Source: Spironucleus salmonicida
Taxonomy: Eukaryota
Length of the DNA: 64,000 bases
Reading direction: 5' to 3'
Assembly: GCF_000497125.1 (NCBI RefSeq)
Contig: NC_090599.1
Coordinates: forward strand, 1,116,001 to 1,180,000
Shown one piece after another: positions 11,290 through 24,600 of this stretch (the first letter of the stretch is position 1; each line of letters starts with the position of its first letter). Under the pieces are notes generated by a model. The model ran no database searches. It was not told where the DNA came from and saw only the letters and a list, made by a program, of their open reading frames with translations. The position numbers were made by a program, and so were the translations under genes.

Positions 11290-11943
11290 ATGGATGGATC
11301 GTTAATTAATAGTCACTGCTATGTGTTAGTTGCTGTTACGCGGAGCCCGAGGCCACCACGGCTTCTTTCCAGGTAGGACTCTGGGTGCTATCTGGCTTAT
11401 CTGCCACCAGGTCTGGACACGACATCAAAGTACGCTACTCACTAACACATCGCCTCCGCGTGGAAGCGCCCATGGCACACTCCGCGGGGCTCCTGTTAAC
11501 TACTTTCTCCCATCGGTATCTGGAGGGCTGGTATGTTCGTCTCGACCAGCAGCTTTGCTTGTAGGAATCTGGAGGCCTTCATTACGTTGGACATTTTTCA
11601 AAGTGGAGAAGCATGGAACCTACCCTAATTACACTACTACTCACCTTTTGTATTCTAACTTTCTAAATTTAGAATCTTGCTCACCGTATTATAGTATTCG
11701 TAGTATTAGCCGTCTGCAGAAACTCCTAGTTTAAGCTGGTGAGGAAAGCGAGTTATGCACTCATCCGGCGCTGCCTTTATGCGCTGGAATGCTAAAATGC
11801 CGGATGATGGGCTACTACGGTGGTATGGGCCATCCTACGCAGCATCAAGGTCGGAAGCATGATGCCCGTCCCGACCTCCCTCACCAAGCACTGGCTTCGG
11901 CTGAATATCGCTATTATATATTGGCGAATGGAACCGCCAAAGA

Positions 11944-12306
11944 ATGGGCGAGGTCCGCTTGTTTTCCGAGTAGGAGCAGGCCCTCCTCATCAAGGCCGCC
12001 ACGCACTACGGCTCAAACTTTGCGAAGATGAGACATCTTTTCCCAGGATACTCTGCCATGGATCTGCAGTAAAAGCTAGCCGGCATCTACCGGCAGAGCT
12101 CCCCGAAAACGCTCACAACCGATTCTAAGTTTAGCAGGCGCACTGAGAGGCGGACTTAGATAGTGAATCGCGCCAGAAGTGCGGTAGTTTTCCTTGATCC
12201 TGACAGATTAGCAGCGGCCAAGGCAGGTATTCTCTCCACTCTCCAGGGAGACGCAACCTTGGATTTGCACGCCGATGCTTGTACGGAAGACAAGAAATCA
12301 TTATGA
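11944..12306 (+). CDS. Myb-like protein, copy 6
   Basis: Array copy. Confidence 0.72.
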
Positions 12307-12331
12307 TCTCTATGGAGTAATACTAATCGGC

Positions 12332-12703
12332 TCACATCAGAAAGTCATCAAATAGATTTTGGTATCCAAAGGAGGATACCTCCTAGCATAAGTCGAGCAC
12401 CTCGGCAACGGGATGCACCTACGTCCCCTCACCTCTATAGTTATTTGAGTGGCGATGGAATGTTTTGTAAAAGTACTATGCGGCCCCGTAGTTGGAAATC
12501 TGGTGCTGGCTGGCGCGATTGTACGCCTTTGCTACTTTTACCATGAAGCAGTGAGACCGATCCACCAGCCGTGCCTTAAGCATGTTCTAGTACATGACCA
12601 CCGCATGGGCAGGGCTAATGATGTTATATGCATACTCTGCCATTACAGACTAGAATGCCCGGTAGTACGTCTTGTCCTTCTCGAAGTTCTTAGGTCTAAA
12701 CAT
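12332..12703 (-). CDS. SANT-like hypothetical, copy 6
   Basis: Array copy. Confidence 0.58.
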
Positions 12704-13070
12704 TTACGAAAAGGAGAGCTTGTGGGGAGGCAAAACTTTGGATAACTTGACGAGGTCAAACCGGAAAGCAGCCGCATAGTGGATAATATATAGTGAACGC
12801 CATATATTTAGACAAGATAATCACAGCGATCGGGATAGAATTTTGTTTGGAATTTTGTTTGGCCATAAGGGAAACATTAATATTATATAAATAGCAAGTG
12901 GTGGCTCGGGGCGAAGACGTGACCCGAAAGTGGCAGGAGTGTCTGGGCTAGGTACCCACTGCCGATGGCCAAGTACCCCAATAGTGTCGCCGCACGTTGG
13001 AGTGGACCACGCAGTGTACACTCCGCGGCTCACATTGGTATGCCCACCATTTCGCAGAAAAGACAAAAGT

Positions 13071-13141
13071 TGCACCGTCCGGGAATCGAACCCAGACCAC
13101 GTGCATGGCAAGCACATATTCTACCACTAGACCAACGGCGC
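13071..13141 (-). tRNA. tRNA-Gly(GCC), copy 7
   Basis: Same sequence as copy 1. Confidence 0.95.
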
Positions 13142-13795
13142 ATGGATGGATCGTTAATTAATAGTCACTGCTATGTGTTAGTTGCTGTTACGCGGAGCCC
13201 GAGGCCACCACGGCTTCTTTCCAGGTAGGACTCTGGGTGCTATCTGGCTTATCTGCCACCAGGTCTGGACACGACATCAAAGTACGCTACTCACTAACAC
13301 ATCGCCTCCGCGTGGAAGCGCCCATGGCACACTCCGCGGGGCTCCTGTTAACTACTTTCTCCCATCGGTATCTGGAGGGCTGGTATGTTCGTCTCGACCA
13401 GCAGCTTTGCTTGTAGGAATCTGGAGGCCTTCATTACGTTGGACATTTTTCAAAGTGGAGAAGCATGGAACCTACCCTAATTACACTACTACTCACCTTT
13501 TGTATTCTAACTTTCTAAATTTAGAATCTTGCTCACCGTATTATAGTATTCGTAGTATTAGCCGTCTGCAGAAACTCCTAGTTTAAGCTGGTGAGGAAAG
13601 CGAGTTATGCACTCATCCGGCGCTGCCTTTATGCGCTGGAATGCTAAAATGCCGGATGATGGGCTACTACGGTGGTATGGGCCATCCTACGCAGCATCAA
13701 GGTCGGAAGCATGATGCCCGTCCCGACCTCCCTCACCAAGCACTGGCTTCGGCTGAATATCGCTATTATATATTGGCGAATGGAACCGCCAAAGA

Positions 13796-13894
13796 ATGGG
13801 CGAGGTCCGCTTGTTTTCCGAGTAGGAGCAGGCCCTCCTCATCAAGGCCGCCACGCACTACGGCTCAAACTTTGCGAAGATGAGACATCTTTTC
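13796..13894 (+). pseudogene. truncated seventh Myb-like copy at the array edge
   Basis: Matches the Myb ORF to ...KMRHLF, then switches to AT-rich flank. Confidence 0.7.
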
Positions 13895-14116
13895 GATACT
13901 CTACTTTTCTATTAATATATGAAATGAAATTTAATTTCTTTGATAGTTTTATCTTTTTATAATAAATATTCAAAATTATATGAAACTGTGAAATAACTGT
14001 TAAAGACAAAGTATTTAGTGTATTGTTTGTAAATATATATTACTATTGAGTATTTTATAATTTTCGATACTATCTGATAATGTAATAATAATACTAAATA
14101 AATATATAATATGAAA

Positions 14117-14812
14117 ATGGGATGTTCTACATAAATAAAAGTATAACCAGCTATAGCTTAAACTAAGCGGTCAATAAATAATGATTATATATATGATGTA
14201 GTAATTATTGGAGGTGGGTACAGTGGTCTCGCTGCTGCAATTTATACAGGGCGTGCTAGCCTAAATCCTTTAGTATTTTGTGGTAAATCAGAAACAGTAT
14301 AACCTTTACAAACTTAGGCCATTTAGGATTATCCTGGATTTTTATCTATTGACCGTTCAACTCTAATTCAAAATTAAAAGGAGCAAGCATTGACATGCGG
14401 AGCAAAATTAATGTTTGAAGATGTTTAATCTATAGATTCATAACAATATCCATTTGTTATTTTTCATGACGGTAAGCAAAGTAAAACTAATTCTATAATA
14501 ATGGCCACTGGATTATTATTAACTAATAATGGAATTGATTTTGTTTAATAGTCCACTGACTAAAAAAATGAAAACTGCAATAAAAGTGATACTCACGTAG
14601 TATTTAAATATCCATAAACTAAAATTTTGGATGGTATAGTGACAATGGAACGTGGTTATATATCACTCAATCATAATAACCAAATGACTTCCAAAGCTGG
14701 TATATTTGCTGCTGGTGCATGTTGTGATCCTAAATATCATCTTCCTGTAATATCTGCAGCAAGTGGAGCTAAAGCAGCGTTAGACTGTGAGAGATGGTTA
14801 GCATAAAAGTGA
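14117..14812 (+). CDS. thioredoxin-reductase-like protein, FAD-binding domain only, MGCS N-terminus
   Basis: [49 protein letters not shown]...[15 protein letters not shown]; central NADPH/CxxC domain absent; alternative in-frame ATG at 14111. Confidence 0.85.
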
Positions 14813-14818
14813 TATTAT

Positions 14819-15274
14819 TCAAAATCGTCCCGTTTTAAATTATAAAGGACTTGATTTCAATTTTTTTATTAATGAATTTGGAGAAATTTATTTAGTTTAT
14901 CTCTAATTTAACTATGATAAAGTAATTTGTACTTGTTACGGTGTATAATTAGTGGCCCTGAATGGCTTATGTTGCTTTAGAGAAAATACAGCCGGTTAAA
15001 GTTTTGGAGCTTTCAATTTTTCTAAATTTTTATAGGAAAGTTCCCTTAAATCTATATGACGATCCTACTAATTTAAAGCAGCCCGAGCGCATGCCAAATG
15101 TGTTTATAGTGAAATAGACTATGATTTTCCGAAGAAAACTTCCTAAAATGTTATAGGCTAAGGCATCACTTCCTCAATATACGTAGGATGTACAAAATCT
15201 ATATTAAGCCTAGGGTTTTGGTTCTTAGAAGGTGACATTAGTCCACTTTTGGTAACTTTATAAACATTGCTCAT
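14819..15274 (-). CDS. hypothetical protein (151 aa)
   Basis: Intact code-6 ORF MSNVYKVTKSGLMSPSKNQNPRLNIDF...KTGRF-TGA. Confidence 0.65.
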
Positions 15275-16503
15275 TCCCTTTCTAGTATAAAATTAATATT
15301 AATACTAGTGTCTAAAAATATTTTTTTAATTATAATATTTATTATTCTTTCCATTAATTTTACAATCATTTTACTGATTTTAGCTAAAATTCATAAAATC
15401 ACATCATTTTTTACATAATTCGTCCCGACCAACAATCACTTTGCCTTAAGATCGATACCATTCCTCAGCCTCCTTACTACATCCTAAAGTTTGCGCTCCC
15501 TGACTTCCAGTTGTATAATCCGCTCCTTTGCAGCTTTCAGTTCCTCCTCTACACATTACAATTTGCTACGACTTTGATCCTTTGTTTTTTTCTATTTCTG
15601 CAATTTTGATACCTCACGGTTCAATTCCCAGTTGGATTATTTTTATAATGCCAGCTCTAGCTTTAATTTGTGAATCTATGCCTCTAAAGAATTATTTTCA
15701 AGAATTGACATAACGGGTTATTTTTAAGGAGGATTTTAATGTTCAGGAGCAAGATTTTGGCGAGTCCTAAATACCTCGGTGTGAAAATTTGGGGCAATTT
15801 TCAAGTTCTCAGGATCAGGAGTGGAACCTGGTGGTGAATGATTTTATAGAGAAATTGAAAAATCGTCTTAAGCGAGGCTATATTTTTTGGCAATTTGATC
15901 GATAATTGCGTTAGAGTGCGCTATTTTCCGATCTATTGTGAACTCATTAATTGATTTTTACGTTTCAGCTGGAATGTTGTTTTCATAGGTAATTGGACCA
16001 GTTTGTACCATATCTGGAATCTGATGTTATGAGTGTGATTATGATGAGAAATTAATATTAGATGCAGCTTTTACAGGTTAGTTATAAAGGTTGAGGTATC
16101 TGTCGAGTAAATCATTGATTTTTGTGTATTGAAGTTCCATTATGAAGCGGAAAACTTTGAAAATATATTTTCTTTATTAAGTGACAATAACATATAATAA
16201 CTGCATAAATTTTATGTATAACTATTTTTTAACCCAAAAATCTTATAAACCTTACAATTTATATGATTTTTAATAAGTACGTTTAAATATCAACGCAGAA
16301 TTTAACCCAGTTATTTGAGCAGTAAGCATATTTATTGGATTATAAATATTATATAGTAAATAATAAAAAATTAGTTTTTTGACATGGTAACCTGAAAATA
16401 AATATTCTGTAAATATATAAATATTAGATATTTTAACAAATCAAATATTTAATATTTAAATATTATATATAAATAAAGTAAGTAATAATTCACTTCATAA
16501 GTA

Positions 16504-17250
16504 ATGTCAACGCCACCTTCAGCAAGTGCTTCATTAAGATAGTCTTCTCGTTTTCCGGATATTGATCACAATCCTAAATATTAAGATTTATAACCTGTAG
16601 ACTAAAAAGTATTTTACTAGGAATAGTAGCAAAAAAGGTTGCTGGAAAATAGAGTTAAATATTTGGAAATGCAATTATCTAAATCTAAATTAAACTTAGT
16701 TAAATCGTAAAAGGACTCTGCTGAAAATGAAGTTCGAATGGCATCAACATAAATGGAGACTGAATTAAAAACCATCCATAGATTGTAGGCGGAAAAAGGG
16801 TTATTAGAGCGTACAAAAAGAACAAAATAAGTATATGAAGAGAACAAAAAGGTTTATGATTCATACGATAGGTCGAAACGTTCTAAATCCCAAGCTGCTG
16901 ACGAAACTCGTTCTGTAATAAGAAATGAATTAGACAGGAAAAAACAGCACCAATAAGCCGAAATTGATCGCAAGCAAAGATTGCATGATGCCACAAAAGT
17001 AGGAAATATGAATGCTAGCCAGGCTGTAGAACAATTTAAGACCGATAAAGCTTCCTGGGCTAGAGCCAAAGAAGCAGAACTTTGGACCTAAAGAAGTGCG
17101 CAGCTTTCTTCGGATCAATCTGCTATTGAGTAGCTCAAAAGAAAAGAAGAAGAGCTTTTAAGAAAAATCCAGCAGGGAAGCCAGCCAAATACACCTAAAA
17201 GTGGTTCTGGTGCATCAGGGACGTTTTCCCGTAGCCAACTGAGAGACTGA
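16504..17250 (+). CDS. coiled-coil hypothetical protein (248 aa)
   Basis: Code-6 ORF MSTPPSASASLRQSSRFPDIDHNPKY...SRSQLRD-TGA, rich in K/E/Q. Confidence 0.75.
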
Positions 17251-19157
17251 GCGATGAAATTATTTCATAAAAACTCACTACAAAAATTCGTCAAACTATG
17301 CCATCCGCTGACTCATTCAACGAGCTTTCCACTACCATGGCTATCTTTTTTCGACCTGCGGACCACGCGATAGCCCCCAAAATTGCAAAAACGAGGCCTG
17401 AAATGCAGCAGCAGACATAGACAACCTGATGAATTTGGTGCGCAAAACCACTGAAATACCCCGCCAAGTTCGAGATCAACAGCGCAAAGTAAACCAGGCT
17501 GGAGCTGTTAGTCACGGTGCTAAGGATAAAACTTAGACTTATCATGCCACTGGCGCTGAAATTGGCCAAAAAGAACGCCGCTTGGACGATTTTTTCCGTA
17601 GAAAAAACCGATAAAAGGAGCGAAATTACAGAGAAAATTTGAAAAACAGCGAAAGAAACAGGGACTGAAAATAGAAAAATAGATGATACAAGGCCAAATA
17701 GCAGTGCAAGTGTGAAAATAAGCTAGTCTTGAGAAAATTTGAAGAAGGTTGATGTGAGAAGATTCTTGCCAAAGCAGGAGAACGAGATTGAGAGAGTAAG
17801 GAAAATTGTAGTTTTTGACTTAAAATTAAAGGATTGCTTTTGGAAAACAACTGGTTCCGATTTTGGGTTAAAAATTAAATAGGTTACAACAATCATAAAA
17901 TTCAATCCATATAGAGTGTATTTCGTTAAGTAAGAGAGATAAAAAAGAGTAGTACTAAATCCAAAGCCAAACGAAATTATGACACCAAATGACTTAAAAT
18001 TTCCATATAAGTAGAATAACGATGAATAAATTAAAGCATTTCCAGAGCCAATAGAAATACACGAAATATATCCACAAGGGTGAAGTTATGGAAATTAAGC
18101 AAAAATAAGACCTACTTCAAGTAAAAATACGCCCACTAATAAGGTTATCTTAATTTATAGTTTAGCAATTATGTAGTCTAATGTGTAGAAATTAAGTATC
18201 AATCCAGCAATTGAAAATGATAAAGATGCAGTAGCAAATGAATAAGGAGGAAAATTCATATTTTATTCCAGTAGTGAAAAGCCAAATAACTCTCCTGTAG
18301 AGAAAACTGAAAACAAAAACAGACAAATATGTTAACCCACCGTGTTCATTTTTTATCGAGGAAAGATTGTACAATTGTATATCAAAATAATATATATAAA
18401 TATATAATGGCAAAACTAGTTAATATAAAGTATAAAATTTTGTTGTGATAATTTTTAATTAATATAAATTTAATTAAGATTAATGGTTCTATTTGAGTAA
18501 AATACAAATTTTCTAGAGTCAAATAGCAAATTTTAATTCTCTAAAACTTTTACTTAGACATTTTCAAATTACTTTGCATTAATGTTTAATTTAACGGTAA
18601 ATTATCATAGAAAATTACTATTTCGTGCCTTTCTATAATACTCGAATATCTATAAAATCATAAGTATCATTGTTCACACCAAAAATATACCACAATCATT
18701 ACTAAGTAAATTATATTAATATTTCTTTTATTTATAGATATCTGATAATATACACAATATTATTAAATAATTAAGTCTTATCAATCACAAATCTGTTTTG
18801 CAGTTTTAAAATAATAATTAATAATTTAATTACCATGCTTATATCCTTATGTATATTATATTTTAGGTCTACATATGTTAAATTAAAATTTACGAACTTT
18901 TTGCATCTTTCAATATTATTAATACTATATATATATATATATAAATCAAAACTCAAACCTAAATGTATCAAAATTATTTCCACTTCGTCATCTAATTACA
19001 TATTAATAATAAACCATAGCAAAAAATTACAATATTATTCTAATATTATTGTATAATAGTTCTTATTATATATTTTTTGAGTACAAAATTAAAAAGTTAA
19101 AAACGGTATATTAACTGATATATTTTAAGATATAATATTATATAAATAATTGCATAA

Positions 19158-19406
19158 ATGAAAAACAACTCTACTCTAAGTTTCTCTTCAAACTACCGCT
19201 TTTTACGTGCAAGAGAGCTATCAAAAATGGCCAGAATAGGGCTTAATGCTCAAAAAATGGAAGTAGAAAAACAGATTCAATTTGAATTAGAAATAGATAA
19301 AATCAAAGCCGAGAGCGATGAAAAATCACGTCAAGGAAAGCTTCTAAAGCATAAGCTATGGGTCAAAGAGCAATTTATTAAGAGGCGATAGAATACTGTT
19401 TAGTGA
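19158..19406 (+). CDS. hypothetical protein (82 aa)
   Basis: MKNNSTLSFSSNYRFLRARELSKM...KRRQNTVQ-TGA (AGTGA end). Confidence 0.6.
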
Positions 19407-19638
19407 TAGAATAAATTTATAAATGGGTTTAAGACTACACTTTAAATAAATATCATCATCTCTGAAATTACCACAAAGTTATCAAATTATCAGTTTCAAA
19501 CGGAATTATTATATAATAAAAACATTTAATAAAACTTCCCCACTCATTTTTCAAGTGCACTAATTTTTAAATTCCGCCAAGCAACTTACTAAAATATCCT
19601 GATCCTGAGCCTCATTTTCTTAACTCCGTTTCTAGTAC

Positions 19639-20577
19639 TCAGATAATGGCTTCTGTGCCAAATCTGCCCCGCTTTTCCTTGTCGTGGTACGTTTTTTGTA
19701 ACGCTAGAATCTCTTTACTGCTTAGCCCGAACAGTGCCTCTAGCTCGAAGTCCCTGCCGCTCTCCCGGGGTATAAATTCTTCCGAAAACCTCTAGAATCT
19801 GCCCTAGATTCGGGGGTAGCTAACGGGTTCAAAATCACTGATTTCGACGTACTGCGGCGGCTTTTTGTACTTGTTTACCACCGACTCCAGCTGGAACGGG
19901 GTCTTCTTGATGAAATTCCGGCGAAATCCGTCGATTTTCGCACCGTCGAGCAGCGATTCTGGGCCAATCTGCTTGAGGGTCAGCTCCTGGAATTCTGCGG
20001 TGTTCAAGTACGCCGGAATAGTTACTGCCACCTCCGGCGAAATTTGCGGCGTTGCCGGTTCCACCTAGCGCTTTCTAGCCCTCTGGGACTTGCAGTAGGT
20101 CGTCTTCTAGCGCCCTTGGGAGTATATCCCGCCCTTTGCGGTCATGTCCAAAACGCCAAGCTGCTCCACGAACTGACTCTCTTTGAACGCTTTCAGCCTC
20201 TTCAGCTCGCGCGCAATATGGAATAGCTGGCTAGATTGGGGTTTCGCTGCTTATATCAGAAGCTTGCTGGTAATGATGTAGGAGCAAATTGCGTGCTAGT
20301 TTTACGCGTATTTGGCGAGATCCGTGCTGACCGGAATTTCTTCATATGCAGATTCGTAGTTTTCGTGTTTTTCAATGGCCTTCAAGAGGCCTAGCAAAGT
20401 GCTAAGAACTTGTGGAGTTTCCTCTAGAAAGGAACAAATTTAAGCAGCAGCTCTTAAGCTTATAGCTGAGCTATCATCTAGTTCTGCTAAAATCTAAGTG
20501 TATAGTGCAGTATTCTATCTATGGACCAGGGCTGGTTAGTTCGTGAGGTCATTTATTTCCGCAGCCGAGAGGAGCAT
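19639..20577 (-). CDS. hypothetical protein (312 aa)
   Basis: Code-6 ORF MLLSAAEINDLTNQPALVHRQ... includes track ORF 19804-20064. Confidence 0.7.
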
Positions 20578-21691
20578 TTTCACAAACTTATTTTTCGTCT
20601 AATTATTAATATATTATATATTAAAAATATAGTATGAGAAAATTAAAATACTTATTTTTAATTCGAATAAGATTCTAGCTCAACGCCTTTTATTGTTTAA
20701 CTCTTAAATAAAATGTTTTACATCAATTTATTGGTATTTGGGAATGAATTTTTATATTTTTACTTTATGTTTCAGCATGCGTAATATTTTTCAAGAAAAC
20801 TTAAATCCATATTAGAATTATAATAATATATTATAAATGAATAATCATTATAAATAATAAATTTTAGCCAATTTGTTGTTATATTATTAGTAAATGGAAT
20901 TTTAGTTTAACATACCAATAGTTATTGTATAAATAAACTTTATTGATAATAAATAATGATAACTTAGGCATATTTTAGTAATATTAACAAAATATAACCT
21001 GCATAACATATTTATGTGCTAATTATGAACCTTTGCTTGATTATTTTCAATTTAGTTTACCTTCTTATGAGTGTACATTGTCGTTATTACTCTATAATAT
21101 CTAGTAATATATATATATACATACTTCTTAAACTTTCATTAAGAAGTTATTAATTATTATATTTAGTATCTTTATCAGAGGTTAATACATCGGAAAAGTA
21201 TCTGCTCAGCTGAAAATATAGATAAGCATAAGGATTTGGTTTAATACAGTAGAATAGTTTGTATTATAATTTATAGATAATTGAAATATTTTAGAAAGTT
21301 TTTTGATTTTATTAATAGTTTATGGTACTATAAATTTTATCCTAAATACGGTTATATTGATAAAATTCTAAATAGATTTAAATATTAATAATTCAATGCT
21401 AAAAACGAAATTATTAGTAAATTACTTTATGTTAATATAAGATTTAAGCAATTTTTAACTTTGCTAGCACTGAATAAATGAGATATCAACTTAAGTAGGT
21501 TTTATTTGCGCAGACTTATTATAATCATATAATCTTTTATATTATTAGTTTACAGAAACATAGCATTATTACTTGAATGTATTTACTCAGATATTTCAAA
21601 TCATTAAATAAACTTTTACTCATTTTCATTCATATTATGTATTCTTTAATTACAAAATCACTGCTTTCAGTTGAGTAGGTCTACTGTTATA

Positions 21692-24600
21692 TCATACTCC
21701 CATGTTGTGTTGGAATGAGAGATGCTTAGGGCGTTTGATATAGTAAAATATGATACCAGCTATACTGATTAGTATAACTAATACTGCAAATAGCATTCCA
21801 CACAGATTTATTATGAGTAGAATATTATTTTCCGGTTCTTATTTGGTAACACAAATTACTTAAATTATCTCAAAACCATCTGCACAAATCTTGCATTCAT
21901 TTTCATCATTGAATTTCCACCCATATATACAGACTTTGCATTATGCATTATCGCATTATATACAGTTGACCATACTGTTACAATTGCACTCAAAATTTGT
22001 ATCACATGCTTCGCATGCCATTTTTGTCCCACACTAAAGTCCTATCTCGCAATCTATGCTGGAATAACACCTATATTTGCATTTTCTATCCATTAGCACT
22101 GTTTCTGGTATACATGCACCACATTAATCTCCTTTGCATTTAATTCAGGAGTCGTATTAATTTCCATCACAGTTACATAGAAACCCAGAAGATATGTAAA
22201 CACATGAACTGCAAGTTGGAATACTAATGCAGGAAAAACCAGAAATACACTATGATGAATCAGGGATCTCAGTGCAAGTTCCTGAGAATCCCAGCAGAGC
22301 AAGAATACATTCTCCATTAATCATTATTACTCCATCTATACAGAGTTCACAACGTGTATTATCAGCATTGCAGCTTTAACAATAATATGCACTGCCACAA
22401 TTGCATTGGGTGTTTATGGATGGGCATGTTTATATCTCATTTAGTCCGCTACAGTATTTACCTGGTGGGATATTTATCGTGCAAATAGGGGCTGAACATG
22501 AATTTTTATCATCTGGCCCGTATCCAGAAATACAGTTCGAGCAAGTTCCTGCGCTATTACATGAAAGACAATTTATAGTAACTCCACAATTGCATATAAT
22601 ATTGATTTAACCACATAAATCGCATTTTTTGGTTTCTAGATCATAAAATTAATTTATAGGGGAGTCTGATGTAACTTTACAACTATATTTAGGTTCACAA
22701 AACCCATTTATGGATAGGAATTCATCCAAACACGTATGACAACTATCATTAAAATCTGAACAGGTCTGGAAATTTTTTGCTTTACCACAATTGCATTAGG
22801 TATGAGTTAATGTTGTACATATCTTGCATAATTTTTCTCTAGAATCACAGTAGAAATTTGTAAAACATGGATTTGTTGCATCACATATGTCTATAACACA
22901 TTCACCATCGTGTAAATAATAACTAGAAAGACAAATATTACACTTATCAGCATCGCAAAGCATGCAGTTTGGCTGTTATTTCTTATTACAATGACATTAT
23001 TTTCCGATAATTATCTGGTAACAAGGCTAATAAGAGTCTCCAAAGCTTCCCAAGCATACTTCATTGTGAGTACAGCGTGTTGACATATTATTAACGTCAC
23101 AAATATTTTTTGTGGAGCTTGTAATTTTATCACACTAAAGTGTGCTCTCATTGAATTTAAAACTGTATAAATAGCTAGCATAGGTTCCAGATAGTTCTCC
23201 ACAGGTTTTACAGTTTTAACCTCCTTAGCAGTTGCATTCACTTTCTATACTTACGGAGCATAATTAACAATTATCTCCAGCTGATGATCCTGGTAGGCAT
23301 TGGTTGTGATTAAAACACTGTTTAGAACCTAATTTGGCATCACATATATTTTCGACGCAGGTGTTCTTGTACAGCTTAAAACCAGGTAGGCAGGGTTGAC
23401 ATTTTTATTATGAACAGAGCATACAGTTAAGAATATCTATAGCATTTCAGTGGAACTACTAACCTGGCTGTATCTGGTCGCAAGTTGTACATGTTGTACC
23501 CGAGGTTCCATTGCAGTAGTAATTGTTCATACATAAGGCTGAGCTGGTATTTTAATCGCAAATATTAGACGATTAAATACAATTGTTACGGCTATCTAGT
23601 TAATACCCTTTTATGCAAGATCCGCATGTGTTTTGCTGTTTTCCGCAAGTTTAGCAGAAATCTGCGCCACACGAGCAATAATTTTGAGAAACAGCAGTAC
23701 AGTCAATACACTAAACTACATCTCTGGATCCAGGATGACAGTACGTATAAAATGCACAGCTATTTGACGATGCTCCGGAAATACAATTATTCTAATAAAC
23801 TTAATATCCCGAAATACATTTTATGCAACCCGTAGCAGAACACTATATGCATTATGGCTATAAAATTCCTCCACAATTGCAAGATTCACCTTCTTTTATG
23901 GCACTGCAAGACTAGCAAGCACTTCCAAAAGTTCCTCGACAAAAATTTCCATATGTACACATCATAGATTCGTTTAAAAAGTCACAAATATTTTCTTTTA
24001 CTTCATATTGTTAGTTTGTATCAGAGAAATAATATCCGATAATGCATTTTTAACACGAATTAGAATTAATTTCACATCGTAAGCAATTGGAAAATATATC
24101 ACATTAGCATTATTCTATCTAATCTTTACATAATTAACATTCCTAATGGCTTGTAAAATCTGAGATACAATAATGATTATATTAACAATTATCGGTAGAT
24201 ATCATAGCACCACATGTATTTAACAAGTATCTACCCTTAAGATTTAAGTAACCTGGGAGGCATTTGTTACATAGGTCCCCATTCCATTCCATACAATTGT
24301 CTATTAATTAATAATCACAATTACATTATTATACGCGTTTTATGGAAGTTCAAGGCTGACAAGTTGAACCAATTAGGCCTTAACATGTAAACGAATCGTA
24401 ACACTTATTGGAATTTCCATCTACACCACATATATTATCAATTTCTATACATTCACCTAACGAGTTTTTAGTAGTACTAGTAATGCACCTGGTGCATTTC
24501 TATTTAATTATATCGCAAGTTTAACAATGTTCCTTTTAAAAACACTCACAAGGTATTAGTTAGGAGGAGGCTGGCATAAATTAAGATAAACCATTCGTTT

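Larger units (their letters stand above)
1788..13894. repeat. tandem array, 1852-bp unit, ~6.5 near-identical copies
   Basis: Identical ORF sets recur every 1852 bp; I saw only 5 variable sites; both ends break mid-unit; much more GC-rich than the flanks. Confidence 0.98.

Noticed and set aside
1788-13894. CRISPR or rDNA interpretation of the array
   Set aside because: No short repeat-unique spacer structure and no SSU/LSU conserved motifs
1739-13962. The seven recurring standard-code ORFs listed for each array unit
   Set aside because: Wrong genetic code; they overlap the tRNA, the candidate RNAs or the real frames and show no recognisable protein features
15340-16100. Probable + strand coding sequence
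   Set aside because: Frame switches and no clear ATG; boundaries cannot be supported
17254-18400. Coding-like + strand region
   Set aside because: All three frames are interrupted by TGA; cannot separate several small genes from a frameshifted gene or decay
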